From IMG/VR virus record IMGVR_UViG_3300022660_000043: a DNA stretch of 64,000 nucleotides; one strand, written 5' to 3'. The position numbers and the translations under genes are program-made. Shown here in pieces: positions 1 to 11,300 of this stretch. Numbering within the stretch: the stretch's first letter is position 1; each line of letters begins with the position of its first letter. Source of the stretch: a virus. Taxonomy: Duplodnaviria > Caudoviricetes. The notes below the pieces were generated by a model. That model saw only the letters and a program-made list of their open reading frames with translations. It had not been told where the DNA came from and did not search any database.

Positions 1-187
1 TAACACGCGCAGTCTCGTACACAGCATTTTCAGCAAGTTCTTCAGTAACCATAGGTGTAAGAACTTTACCGTTTACGGTCACAGTATCTGCTTCCTTATC
101 TACTACAAACTCATACTCAGGAGCAGGTACAGGCTTATCATCCTTAAAGGTTACGCAAATGCGTCCATTTCTTTCATAAATAAACAT
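1..187 (-). CDS. hypothetical protein, runs off window start (MFIYERNGRICVTFKDDK...)
   Basis: Manual translation; ATG at 187 just downstream of nrdD; open to position 1. Confidence 0.7.
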   Translation of the reverse strand, partial: MFIYERNGRICVTFKDDKPVPAPEYEFVVDKEADTVTVNGKVLTPMVTEELAENAVYETARV

Positions 188-214
188 TTTAATCTCTTCC
201 TTTATATTATATTT

Positions 215-2419
215 TTATTCTCCGAGGTGGACAACGCGTTCCTTAATTTCCTGCGTCCTTCCATATCCCCATTTATTAACACCAATATAACCACAAGTTC
301 TACGAGCTACATTAATGAGCTTTTCATCATGATTGTTACAATTTGGGCAATACCACTTCATATCATCTGTAATTTGCATTTCACCATCATACCCGCAAAC
401 CTGACAATAATCACTCTTAGTATTTAGCTCAGCATACATAATATTCTCATAGATAAACTTCATTACCTCAAGAACAGCCTCTACATTAGAAGTAAGATTA
501 GCTGTCTCTACATAACTAATGGCTCCGCCGGGAGCAAGCTTCTGAAATTCTGATTCAAGTGCAAGTTTTTCAAATGCGTCAATCTCTTCAAATACAGGTA
601 CATGATAACTATTAGTAATATAGTTTCTATCCTTGCCATCAAGCTTCACAAAGACATCATTACCAAAGCGAGACTTAAGCTTTTTAGCAAACTTATAAGT
701 AGTGGACTCAATAGGAGACCCATAAACCGAGTAATCGATATTCTCCTCAGCCTTCCACTTTGCACACATATCGTTAAGCTTCTGCATTACCTTAAGCCCA
801 AACTCTTTACCTTCTGGATCTGTATGGCTGACGCCGGTCATATACTTAACACACTCATAAAGACCTGCAAAGCCAAGACTTGCAGTAGAGTAGCCATTGT
901 ATACAAGATTAGTAAGTTTCTCTCCATAGTCCAATCTTGCCAAGGCACCATATCTCCAAAGAATCGGGGCTACATCAGCAGGTACCTCAAGAAGTCTATC
1001 AATACGAGCTCTTAAGCCAAGGTGACAAAGTTCACATCTCTCCTCAAGAAGCTTCCAAAACTTATCTCTATTCTTGCCTGAAGAAAGCGCTACGTCAGGA
1101 AGACTAATAGTAGTAACACCCATATTAAAACGACCATAATACTTCGGCTTTTCAGGATCATAATTAAGAGCCTTGGCATAGTTAGCAGTAGTTCTATCAG
1201 GTGTTAAAAAGCTTCTGCAACCCATGCAGGGATACACATCACCAGAAGACTGCCCTGCTCGAAGCTTATATTCTCTCATCTTCTTTGCAGATATGTAATC
1301 CGGCACAAGTCTCTTAGCTGTACATTTGGCAGCAAGCTTTGTAATTTCCCAATACTCAGAATCCTCTCGAATATTATCTTCATCTAATACATAGAGAAGC
1401 TTAGGAAAAGCAGGAGTGATATAAACACCTTGGGCATTCTTGAGACCCTTAATTCTTTGATGCAAAAACTCCTCAATAAGCATAGCAGTCTCTTTTCTGA
1501 ACTCGGGATCCTCAGAGATGTACATATTTACAGAAATAAAAGGTGCCTGCCCATTAGTACTGGACATAGAATTAATCTGATAATTAAAAGTCTGTACTGA
1601 ATCTCGTACTTCCTTCATAAGTCTCTTCTCGGCAATCTTTTTTATAAGCTCTGGTTTATTATCTATAACAAGCTCGGCAAGCTCACCGGCTACTTCATCT
1701 AGATAACTTTCATAGCTCATTCTTACGAAAGGCGCGAGATGTGTTAAAGTAATAGTTACCCCACCATACTGAGAACTACTTACAGCAGTAATAATCTGAG
1801 TAGCTACAGTAGTAGCAGTAAGAAGTCTATGCTGCGGGTCAATACGAACTCCATTAAGAACAGTACCATTCTGAAGCATGTCTTCCAGATTGACGAGACA
1901 ACAATTATTTCTAGCTTTCTCAGCCATATAATCCATATCGTGCTGATGAATAATACCTGCGTCGTGTGCCTCACAAACAGCCTTAGGAAGCAAGAATCTA
2001 CGCGCAAGATCCGTGCCTGCGATACCTGCAAGGTAGTCTCTCTGTGTAGTTACAATAGTAGCATCCTTATTTGAGTTCTCAGTATTCCAGTACTCGCTCT
2101 CACCCGAAAGAAACTCAAGAAATGTTTTATCAGTAATAGAGCCTCTCCTTTGAGTTCTCTGCTCACGATAAAGAATATAAGCTTTAGCCGTCTGATTAAA
2201 ACGGCTCTTAAGTAAAGAATCTTCTACAAGGTCCTGAATCTGCTCTACAGTGATTCGATCGGAATTTAAACGCTCACATTTATTACCTACAATTTCCGCA
2301 ATTCGATCAACATCCTGGTCAGTCATTTCCTTAGTATCTTTGGCTGCTGCTTTAAGAGCCTTACGAATTTTCTTCTCGTCAAAGTCTACAACCGCGCCGT
2401 CGCGCTTAATTACCTTCAT
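215..2419 (-). CDS. nrdD: anaerobic (class III) ribonucleoside-triphosphate reductase
   Basis: N-terminal ATP-cone (MKVIKRDG..FD..KI), PCMGCRSFL, SPIEST, CQVC..CPNC Zn site, glycyl-radical motif RRTCGYIG; AAAGGAG RBS supports start at 2419. Confidence 0.96.
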   Translation of the reverse strand: MKVIKRDGAVVDFDEKKIRKALKAAAKDTKEMTDQDVDRIAEIVGNKCERLNSDRITVEQIQDLVEDSLLKSRFNQTAKAYILYREQRTQRRGSITDKTFLEFLSGESEYWNTENSNKDATIVTTQRDYLAGIAGTDLARRFLLPKAVCEAHDAGIIHQHDMDYMAEKARNNCCLVNLEDMLQNGTVLNGVRIDPQHRLLTATTVATQIITAVSSSQYGGVTITLTHLAPFVRMSYESYLDEVAGELAELVIDNKPELIKKIAEKRLMKEVRDSVQTFNYQINSMSSTNGQAPFISVNMYISEDPEFRKETAMLIEEFLHQRIKGLKNAQGVYITPAFPKLLYVLDEDNIREDSEYWEITKLAAKCTAKRLVPDYISAKKMREYKLRAGQSSGDVYPCMGCRSFLTPDRTTANYAKALNYDPEKPKYYGRFNMGVTTISLPDVALSSGKNRDKFWKLLEERCELCHLGLRARIDRLLEVPADVAPILWRYGALARLDYGEKLTNLVYNGYSTASLGFAGLYECVKYMTGVSHTDPEGKEFGLKVMQKLNDMCAKWKAEENIDYSVYGSPIESTTYKFAKKLKSRFGNDVFVKLDGKDRNYITNSYHVPVFEEIDAFEKLALESEFQKLAPGGAISYVETANLTSNVEAVLEVMKFIYENIMYAELNTKSDYCQVCGYDGEMQITDDMKWYCPNCNNHDEKLINVARRTCGYIGVNKWGYGRTQEIKERVVHLGE

Positions 2420-2554
2420 ATATTTTCTCCTTTCCAACTAATATATCCGGTATATATTTTAGCAAATCTAAACCTCTCTTTTCGGCCTGAATCTATACTA
2501 AAAATTAATCAGGGCAGGCCAAGAAAGCAAACTACCCTGATATATTATACAATT

Positions 2555-5500
2555 TTAATCTTCCATTTCTTGGGATAAATAAAGCTTTTTATAGAAAGAA
2601 AAATATATACCAATACCATCACAATATAGGTAATATCTCTCTTGATTGTTAGTCTCGCTTATTACTATCTGAGATTTTTCTCTGAACTTACCTAAATATA
2701 GAGCACCTACAGGTCTCTGATTAATATCTAATAACTCAATGATAGGTGGATTAGGCTGTTCAATCCACAAGGTAAAAAGCTGTGCTAAAGATTTTCCCTC
2801 TTCCATTACGGTCCCTCATTTCTATGATCCCAACAATGCCAGGATTCTCTTTCTCTGCCCCAAAAGAACTGATCCATAAAATGACCCTTACCTAAATAAG
2901 CATCATACTCATCTAACATATTCTCTGCGGTTTCAAGTTCTTTTTTATAAAACTCTCTGCACTCACCATACTGCCTGTACACGCAAAGTAGACTAAAATC
3001 ATTATTGCCTTCTCTCACTTGCTTACAATAAGCTTTATACATAGAGTCTAGTATGTTGTCGAAGAGTTTAATTACAGTTCTAAGACCTTTCCTACTAAAG
3101 CGCATTACCCTAAACTCTGCCACACTTTTAATATACTCAAAACCAGTATGTTCCTTATTAATTGCTTTCTCAACCAAAGCTTTAAATAACTCCTCTTGTT
3201 CCTCTGCTGACTGAGAAGTTGTATTTTCAAATTCAATCATAATATATAACTCCTATAAATCTTATTATATAATACAATAAAATAAAAAGAAAAGCTCCTT
3301 ATAAAAAGGAGCAAATCTTATAGCTCTACAAAGTCAAAAGGATCATTAGGTTCCCAGCGAATATCTACCTTATAGGGCATTCTAGTCTTCTGACAGCTGG
3401 TTTCCAAAAAATTAGGTCTCATCTCAATACGCTTCTGCATATAAGCAACTTCCTCTGGTGTAGCATCAAACTTACCATAGCCATCATCTTCGCCATATCC
3501 ATAAGTTTGTACTTCACACTTAATTTTAGAAGGGCCTGCACACTTGTTTAATACTTCCTCAAAGAAAGTCCAGCCAGCTAAATCATCATAGCAAATAGGT
3601 TCACCACCACATAAACCTTCGCCTACAAAATTAGTAGTATCGGAAGTAACCTTTACTTTAGAAAATATAATCATAATTACACCTCTTCATCAATTTCATT
3701 AAAAGCAGTTCTATCTAAACCGTCTGCCCACTCCCAGAATAGATCATATACCTCATCTATATCTGCGGCTGCAAAATCACCAAGCTCCACTATTGCGGCA
3801 GTAACAATATCTTCTTTTTCACTTGAGCTTGCACTTTCCCAGGAATCATAAGTCCAGCCTTGTAAACCTGCCCAGAAAAGATCAATAAGTCTATCTCTAA
3901 TTTGCTCAGTCATTACTATACTCCTTTTAGTAGGTCTACATAATTTAGCAATAAAAAGAAGCCTAAGTTAATAGGCTTCAAAAATGTTTCTTCATATACT
4001 TATTTAGCTTCTTTGTATACTTTGGCTTAACAGGTACTCCTAAAGCTTCAGTCAGTACTCTGCCTTCGTATTCACAGCCTTTAGGATATATAACTCCAAG
4101 CTTAGTATAGCCTTGCCAGACTGCCATAGGTATAGGTTTAAAAATATTTTGGTCTATTCTATCTGCCATTACCAATCTCCTTCTGCTGCAGAATCAAGAA
4201 GCCTTAGAATACCTGAGCTATTACTCGCCCCTGAGCAAGAACCGTACTCCGCTGATATATATTCACAATTAGCGAATAACCATTTAGCAAATTCTTCTTT
4301 AGACATCTTAGTTATCTTGTCCCACAAAGTTTCTGGTTTTGGTTCCAAAGGCTCTATCCCAAAAGCAAGCCCCTTGCCTATAGCTACCGGACATAGCTTC
4401 ATATAAGAAATAAACTCAAAAGCCTCAGACTCATTATTACATTTATATGCTTTATCAATATTCTCTGTAATTAAAAGATCTGTATCCACAGAAAAATGTT
4501 TCAAATTTAAGCCAGAGTAATAGTATTTCCTAGAGCCTTGGTAGATAGTAATTACATATTTAGTCATTATCTTCCTCCGGAATTACTTCAATACAAAAAG
4601 TCTTCTTAAGATTTTCTCTCTGTTCTTTGGTAGGCATTTCAAACTCCATATTATCATCTATGTAGAAAGTCAAGCCACCACCACAGAGCTTTATTGTAGC
4701 AACTCTTTTTGGTATCCTAATACTATATCCAACTGTAGCGTTTGGAAAGTTAATGGTACCTTCATTACGCTGTTCCATTAATCCACCTCCAAACCATATT
4801 TCTGTTTAAGTCTATCAAACGTCTTATGATAAGTACCAAAGTAATCAGCTACATGATCAAGCAAATCACTCTTAACATCTGCAAAGATCTTCTCAGCCAT
4901 AGCTCGCTCGACCTGCTTAATCTTATCATCAAAGTCTTTCTTAGACATACTTACCATAGGATTCATTTCTATAATCATTACTTACACATCCTTTCTTCAA
5001 GCTCTGCAAGAAAAGCACCGAAAGCTTTTTCATCCAGTGGTTTATGAGTATCACAGTAGTACAAAATCTTTGAAATTATTTCATGTGCTGCTTCACTTTT
5101 ATGACAATATCCTGCTTCTGCTAATACCTCAGCATAGCGCTCTGAATGACACTTTATTCGGTCAGCCATATACATATCATAAGCATATCTACAGGTATCA
5201 CAGTCATATGGTAAGCCGCAGAGGGTCTTGGCCATTTTTAAAGTCTTGGCATCCATTACGCTTAAATCTCCTCTAATTCACCATTAGCATTACGAATATC
5301 AATAATCTTTTGCTGCAGTTCTTCAGCTTTATCATAGAGCTTTTTATATTCGAGATAGCCCAAGCTACTTTTAGGATACTGATCCATGGCATTCTTACAA
5401 TAAGACTTATCTCCCTCACAGCAGATAATCAAATCAAAAATTTCATCCGGAGTAAAAGTAATAGAAACATCTTCTTTCAATACATAACACTTAGCCATAA

Positions 5501-6772
5501 TTTATTTATCCTCCTTAACGATAAGGTCTATCCGAATTAAAAATCAATTCGCTTACTTTAGAAGCAAGCTCAGGATCATTTCTCTTATAGGGATTATCCG
5601 GGATATGTCTCTTAGTTTCTTGCTGGGTTACAGGATTCGCTAAACGACTGTACACAAGTTTGAGCTTAGCTAAATCCTTAAGAAGCCCCTCCTCTACCTT
5701 AGAACTAAGTACGGCATATGCCAAAGTCTCACCCATATCATCAATTACTTCCGCTAAAAGGTCTATAGTAGGTTTCATTACTTATCTCCCCACTTAACTG
5801 TAACTTGTGCCTCATATCTATATCCATCAGATATATAAAACTCCGCATCAAAACCCTGAGCTTCTAAAAGCTTTACTATCTCGGGACCTACTACTTCAAC
5901 ATTAGGAAGATTCATTTTAGTATTCGTAAGATCAAGTACTACATTATATCTGCCAAGGTCAATAGCCTTACGAATTAAGGTCTCCGCATAATTTACGACA
6001 TACTCTTTAGCAAGAACCTTAAGTCTTTCCTCAGTTGCCGATCTGGCTTCTTTTGCTGTAATCATTTTCTATACCTCCATAATAAATACTATTATATAAT
6101 ACAATAGGCCTGGTCCTAAAACCAAGCCTATAAATAAAGTTATTAATTTTATTTCCTCTTAAAAGAGTCCAGCTTCTTCTGCTTCAAAAGATTTCATTAG
6201 GCATCTCATGCACATTCCAGTAAGAGTAGAGAATGGTGCCTTTTCTGGTACGGGATACTGACAAATACCATTCTCACAATAGACTCTCTTTGTGCCTTTA
6301 TCTTCTGTATGAGGACAAGTCCATGGCGTAAGTGTGGCAAGAGGTGTTTCAATCAAAGTAGCTGTAGCGGCAGTAGCCGTTCTGATTAGTACAAGAGCTA
6401 TAGCATAATCTCCATCTACCTTTTTAATTATTGCAGGATCGCCTTCAAAACTATAGACTTTATTTTTATCCATTATCGTCCCTCCTTAATTCTCTGCTTA
6501 CGTAAAGCCTTAGATTCTTGCTTATTAAGTACATGCTCTCTGGTGGCAAGTATTCTCTTCACTTGCTCCATATTAAAGTTTTGGTGATTACCACATCTAG
6601 CACACTCTTCATCTTGTTTGTCACAGCGACAGTCGGCGCAGTACTCAGATACATGATACAAATGATTGCGTTCATTTAATAGTTGTTTAGTATGCATGTT
6701 CTCCAAGGCTCGAATGTCGGCATAAGTATATTTATAATGAAAATAAAAACATGCCATCGCTGTACCCTCCAT
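2555..6772 (-). other. run of ~14 small hypothetical genes (2555-2806, 2806-3240, 3318-3674, 3677-3913, 3978-4175, 4169-4567, 4560-4778, 4778-4978, 4978-5256, 5262-5498, 5515-5778, 5778-6065, 6159-6473, 6473-6772)
   Basis: Tightly packed ORFs with GGAG/GAGG RBSs and TAATG overlaps, split by class-2 promoters and terminators. Confidence 0.8.
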
Positions 6773-6853
6773 AAAGTTTTCTTTATAATATAATACAATA
6801 AGAGCATAATAAAAATCACAAGTTATTTTCGAATAACTGGTGATTTGTTTTAT

Positions 6854-7252
6854 TTAATCCTTATACTGTATTTCCTTACAGTCTACTGTCGGATAAGGAG
6901 TGAACATAGCATGAGTAAAAGCAACTTCAGTTACTACTGCTTTATCATCTGTATACTCTACTGCACCAGTTCCAGCCAAAGTAAATGCTGCACTGTATTT
7001 GAAATCTTTAAGTAGCTTAATATAGGTAGAGTCAAATATCTCGCCGTCTATTGCTACTACTCTCTTATCTTCAAGCATTGCCGTTCCTAAACCAATAAGC
7101 TTATTGTCTTCTGAGAGAATTGGAAGTGCTTTAGTATTACATAACTCTTTAAATGCTGGTTCATTAAACGCCTTCTCAAGAACTTCCTGTGGGTAGATTC
7201 TGCCATTCCTAGTTCCTTTTTCTGGATATGCATATTTCATAGTAACCCTCAT
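6854..7252 (-). CDS. protein resembling the N-terminus of T4 gp21-type prohead protease; catalytic His motif not seen
   Basis: TRNGRIYPQEVLEKA matches the NxNGRxYPxxVLxK motif of gp21-like proteases; no GELxHP. Confidence 0.5.
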   Translation of the reverse strand: MRVTMKYAYPEKGTRNGRIYPQEVLEKAFNEPAFKELCNTKALPILSEDNKLIGLGTAMLEDKRVVAIDGEIFDSTYIKLLKDFKYSAAFTLAGTGAVEYTDDKAVVTEVAFTHAMFTPYPTVDCKEIQYKD

Positions 7253-7262
7253 AATCTACTCC

Positions 7263-8114
7263 TTAATAATTAGTTATAATAACTTCTTTGCCTTTTCTAT
7301 TATTACCGTTTCTATTGACACTACGACGAACGTCTATTTCATGAATATTATAATCCTTAAATAGTTCACGGATAAAGGTAGTATCATTATTACTTACAAT
7401 AAGCTTACAGCCCTTAGCAGTAAGCTTATCACAGACTGTCTTAAGTCTAATAGTATCTTCTCTGGTCCAGCCTTCTTTCTGATAACCTACAAATCCGCCA
7501 GTCTTAATCTCTTCATCTGGATCATAAGGCGGATCAAAATAAACCCAATCACCAGGCTCTATGTCTTTGATAGTCTCAGCGTAATCGCCCTCTCTAATTC
7601 TTACACCTTTAAGAAAAGCAGAGAGCTCTCTAATTGCTTCTTCTTGCACTATATCAGGACACCTGCCATTTGAAGTTCTGCCTAAAGGTGTATTGAAGTA
7701 GCCCTTTGAATTAACTCTATAAAGACCATTAAAACAAGTCTTATTAAGATATACAGTTCTTGCTGTGATCTCAGTACTCGGTCGCTGCCAAAATCCGGGT
7801 TCTCGATCCAAGTCTCTTATTGTGTAATACCATTCTCCAGTAGCAAGCTTAGGGTTACAATGCTGCTCCTGATGAATCTTAAGCTCTTGAATTAAAGACT
7901 CAGGATACTGCCTTATTACTTTATAAAGATTTACTAATTCAGGATTAAGGTCACTAATAGTAGTATACTTGTAGCCAAGGTCAAACGCCAAAGCCCCACC
8001 ACCAATAAAAGGCTCATAAAAAACATGGCCATTAAGTTTTTCTACATCTATGTATTTCTTAAGTTCTGATAAAACTTGGCCCTTTCCACCTGGCCATTTA
8101 AGTATTGGTTTCAT
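7263..8114 (-). CDS. dam: Dam-family DNA adenine methyltransferase (likely GATC)
   Basis: LKWPGGK, EPFIGGGA (motif I), LNKTCFNGLYRVN, DPPY (motif IV), EVIITNY. Confidence 0.93.
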   Translation of the reverse strand: MKPILKWPGGKGQVLSELKKYIDVEKLNGHVFYEPFIGGGALAFDLGYKYTTISDLNPELVNLYKVIRQYPESLIQELKIHQEQHCNPKLATGEWYYTIRDLDREPGFWQRPSTEITARTVYLNKTCFNGLYRVNSKGYFNTPLGRTSNGRCPDIVQEEAIRELSAFLKGVRIREGDYAETIKDIEPGDWVYFDPPYDPDEEIKTGGFVGYQKEGWTREDTIRLKTVCDKLTAKGCKLIVSNNDTTFIRELFKDYNIHEIDVRRSVNRNGNNRKGKEVIITNY

Positions 8115-8382
8115 CTTCTGCCTCCTCGTCCTCGGGTGGTTCAGGTAAGTAAGTCCAATGAGTTACCCTATCTATACTACCTGGGATTCTCCACGAATAG
8201 CCCCAGTCACCCCACTCACAATAACCTTCTTTTACCATCTTCTTTCCACTGTACTGTTTACAAGCACAGAGTACTCTGATAGATACTTTACCATTTTTAT
8301 ATCTACTCTTCTTATCTGGGTCTATCTCTGGGAGTCTTTCATCTACGCTTATCCAATTAGTCATTTTCTTTATAACCTCCAT
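8098..8382 (-). CDS. DUF551-like phage protein
   Basis: WISVDERLP...VTHWTYLPEPP signature. Confidence 0.75.
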   Translation of the reverse strand: MEVIKKMTNWISVDERLPEIDPDKKSRYKNGKVSIRVLCACKQYSGKKMVKEGYCEWGDWGYSWRIPGSIDRVTHWTYLPEPPEDEEAEDETNT

Positions 8383-11300
8383 TTAATCATGATAGAACTC
8401 ATGAAGATAGCCACAGTCAATTTGCTGACCATCTTTAGTATCAATGATTTGTAAGGCATGAAAATCGTTCATGCCGCTATCTCCATCTATCATTACTAAT
8501 AAAGAAAACAAAATGCCATCTACAATTTCTTCTGTTGTTCTAGTGCTCTGCCTAAGCCAGTAGTTCTTTATATCTTTAACCTGATTAATAAATTGTTCTT
8601 GCTTGGTCATATTACTTCTTCCTCTGTAAGTTTTTTACCGCAGTAAGGACAGTATTTAAATTCCTGAGTCAGTTCTTTATCGATAACATTTCCGCTAATC
8701 CAGCCCCAGCCTTCCCAAAGGACTTTCTCCAAAGTCTTTCCACAGCAGATAAATGTCTGCTTAAAGATCTTATCTGGTTTCATCTTGGGGTTTTCTAACG
8801 AAGGCTCTTCAAGCACCTCTAGAATTATCTTATTCATAATTGCTCCTTAAGTTCTTTCATTCTTGCTATAGCTTCAGCCTCAGTCTTAAAACTCTTTTCT
8901 ACTACATAGAAGTTAGTAGAAGGCAGCCACTGCCAACAGATAAGTTCTTCACCTGTTTTAAGCTCCTCCCCATAGACACTATATTGCACCATCTTAAGAG
9001 GCTTACCCTTACGCGCAAAGTATTCTACTACTGCATATCTAGTCTCATAAGGTGCTGAATAGATTACATTAACCTTTGCTGCCCTACGATACTTCTCTTC
9101 AAATACCTCCATAGTAGTAGGTTTCTTAATTCCTGTCATATCAAAGGGCCTCCAATTCATTAAGTACCTGATCAAGCTTAGGTTGAACTACAGCAAGAAG
9201 CTCTTCTTGAAGATTCTCTCCATAAGCCTGCGCGATCTCTTCTAAGGTCTGGAGTTCAGTAATCTCACTCATCAAAGATTCATAGGCTTCTATTTTATAA
9301 AGCAAGCTGGATGCTTGTAAAGCTTTCTCTCTTGTCATATTAAAGTGCCTCTAATTCTGCTCTAAGCTCCGCTCTCTTTTTATCACAGTAATCAGCAATA
9401 AGCTTTGCGAGCTCTTCATCTGTAATTAAAATATTAGACGTCTCATCTGACTTACAAATATAAGCTTTCTTTCTAAAGAGCTTAAATCTCTGATATGGAA
9501 ATGAGCAGATAAAAGCTATCTTATCATAACGGCCAATCTGTGCTTCAAGCTCATTAGCTTTATCTATAGTTTCTTTTTTCATACTTCCTCAAGCTCCTTA
9601 ATCATAATAGGTACAATCTTAAACTCCTCGGTAGGAGCAACCATCTTTCCGGTATAACAATCCCTACCCTTGATATAATGCCAAGCCTGTTCCTCAGCTC
9701 TCTTCTTACTTACATAGATCTGAGCTTCTCTAAGCTGTGAACTAAACTTCTTAAGGCCACAGCTGTATTGGCCATTAGAGTACTTGATTACCCAAAGTCC
9801 TTTATCTGGATTCATATTACTTCTTCTCCTTCATATTAAACTGCAGGGTCTTAAGCTTAGTAGCCACATTCAGAAGATCACGGAAAGCCTGTCCCTCGGA
9901 AGTCTCTGTATAGAGATAATCAATTACCTTATCTAACTCTTTAATAGCCATATCCAGAGCTACTGCATCAGCTCTGGTGACAAAAGGCATAGCCTTATCT
10001 GCTCCAGGTCCCCAAAGAATACAGTTCTCTCCAGGCCAGCCTGCGTAGTAAAGAGTATTAGACATCTTAGTAGGTTTACATTTAATTATATATTGATGCA
10101 TCTTATCTCTCCTTATATTCAATAACAATACAAAGCTGATTATCCTTACCTGTATTTACTGCCTGCCAACTAACTACCTCAAGAGTAGGATTCTCTTTAA
10201 GCCAGTTATTAACCAGGTTATCTGCTGAGATCCAATGCTTAGTATCCTTTACGTAATAGTAATCCGAAACAAAGTGTTTAAATCCTGTTTTCATATAGTC
10301 CTCCAATTTAAAGTACTATAATATAATACAATACAAGAGTATATAAAAATAAAGCCTATAATAAATTTAATTACTATAGACTTTATTATATTAATTCTTT
10401 GACTTGCTTTTCAACATATACTCAAGCCAGTGCTCGTAGCAATCCATGTCATGGGGACACTTATCACAACCATCTGCTGAGTACATACATACAGCGTGAT
10501 AGCATTCAGGTTTAATCATCTATGTTATCCAACCTTTCGTTAAGCTCTCTAGCTTCCTCTTTAGGTATAGCTATTGCTGCCCCCATAACAACTACGAGAA
10601 AAAGAGACATAAGGCCACACAGAAGTCCGGATACAAAGAGTCCAAGAGCAGCCCAACCTGCTGCACTGAGGAAAGCCAAGAAGGCTGAGACAGCTACACT
10701 GAGAAACATAAGAGCAAGAAAGCAAGCGGCCATTTCCGCAAGACCTAGCCCTAAGCATCTAAAAAAGGGTTTCATTTCTTATCCTCCTCTGATCTTACTT
10801 TAGAGATCTTCGACATAACCTGCCAAGAAAGACGGTAGCAGGGAATATCCATGAGACCTGCTTCCTCAAGTCTCTGCGCTTTACGAGAACATCTCTCCTG
10901 TATAAAGTCAAGCTCTTCTTGTGTAAGCTCCAGAGTATAAGTAGGCTCCTTAGCAAGATCTACTCCTAGAAGCTTATATACTTCATTAGTCTTATCCACT
11001 TTAGCTAAGCCCTTTGACATCCACTTATCTACCATAGTAGGATCTTCAAATTTGTTATACATCTTTATCCTCCCCCATTCCCTCACGCAGCTCGAGGATA
11101 AGAGTAAGCACCTCAGCATAGGTAGTACCTCTACCAAGCCAAAAGGCAAAGCCTTCCTCATCTCCAGTACCTTTATAAAAAGTTTCACGTGACTTAGACA
11201 CAGCTTCTTTCTTTTTTAAGATAATAGCAGCAAGCTCATCAGCAAAGTCTTCTTTACCCTTCTTATAAAAAGATTTATAAAAAGCTGCTTCATCAATATT

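Noticed and set aside
215-2419. Intron or intein in nrdD
   Set aside because: Continuous ORF of normal length with no intein motifs
7263-8114. Complete restriction-modification system
   Set aside because: No endonuclease-like neighbour; orphan Dam methylases are common in phages
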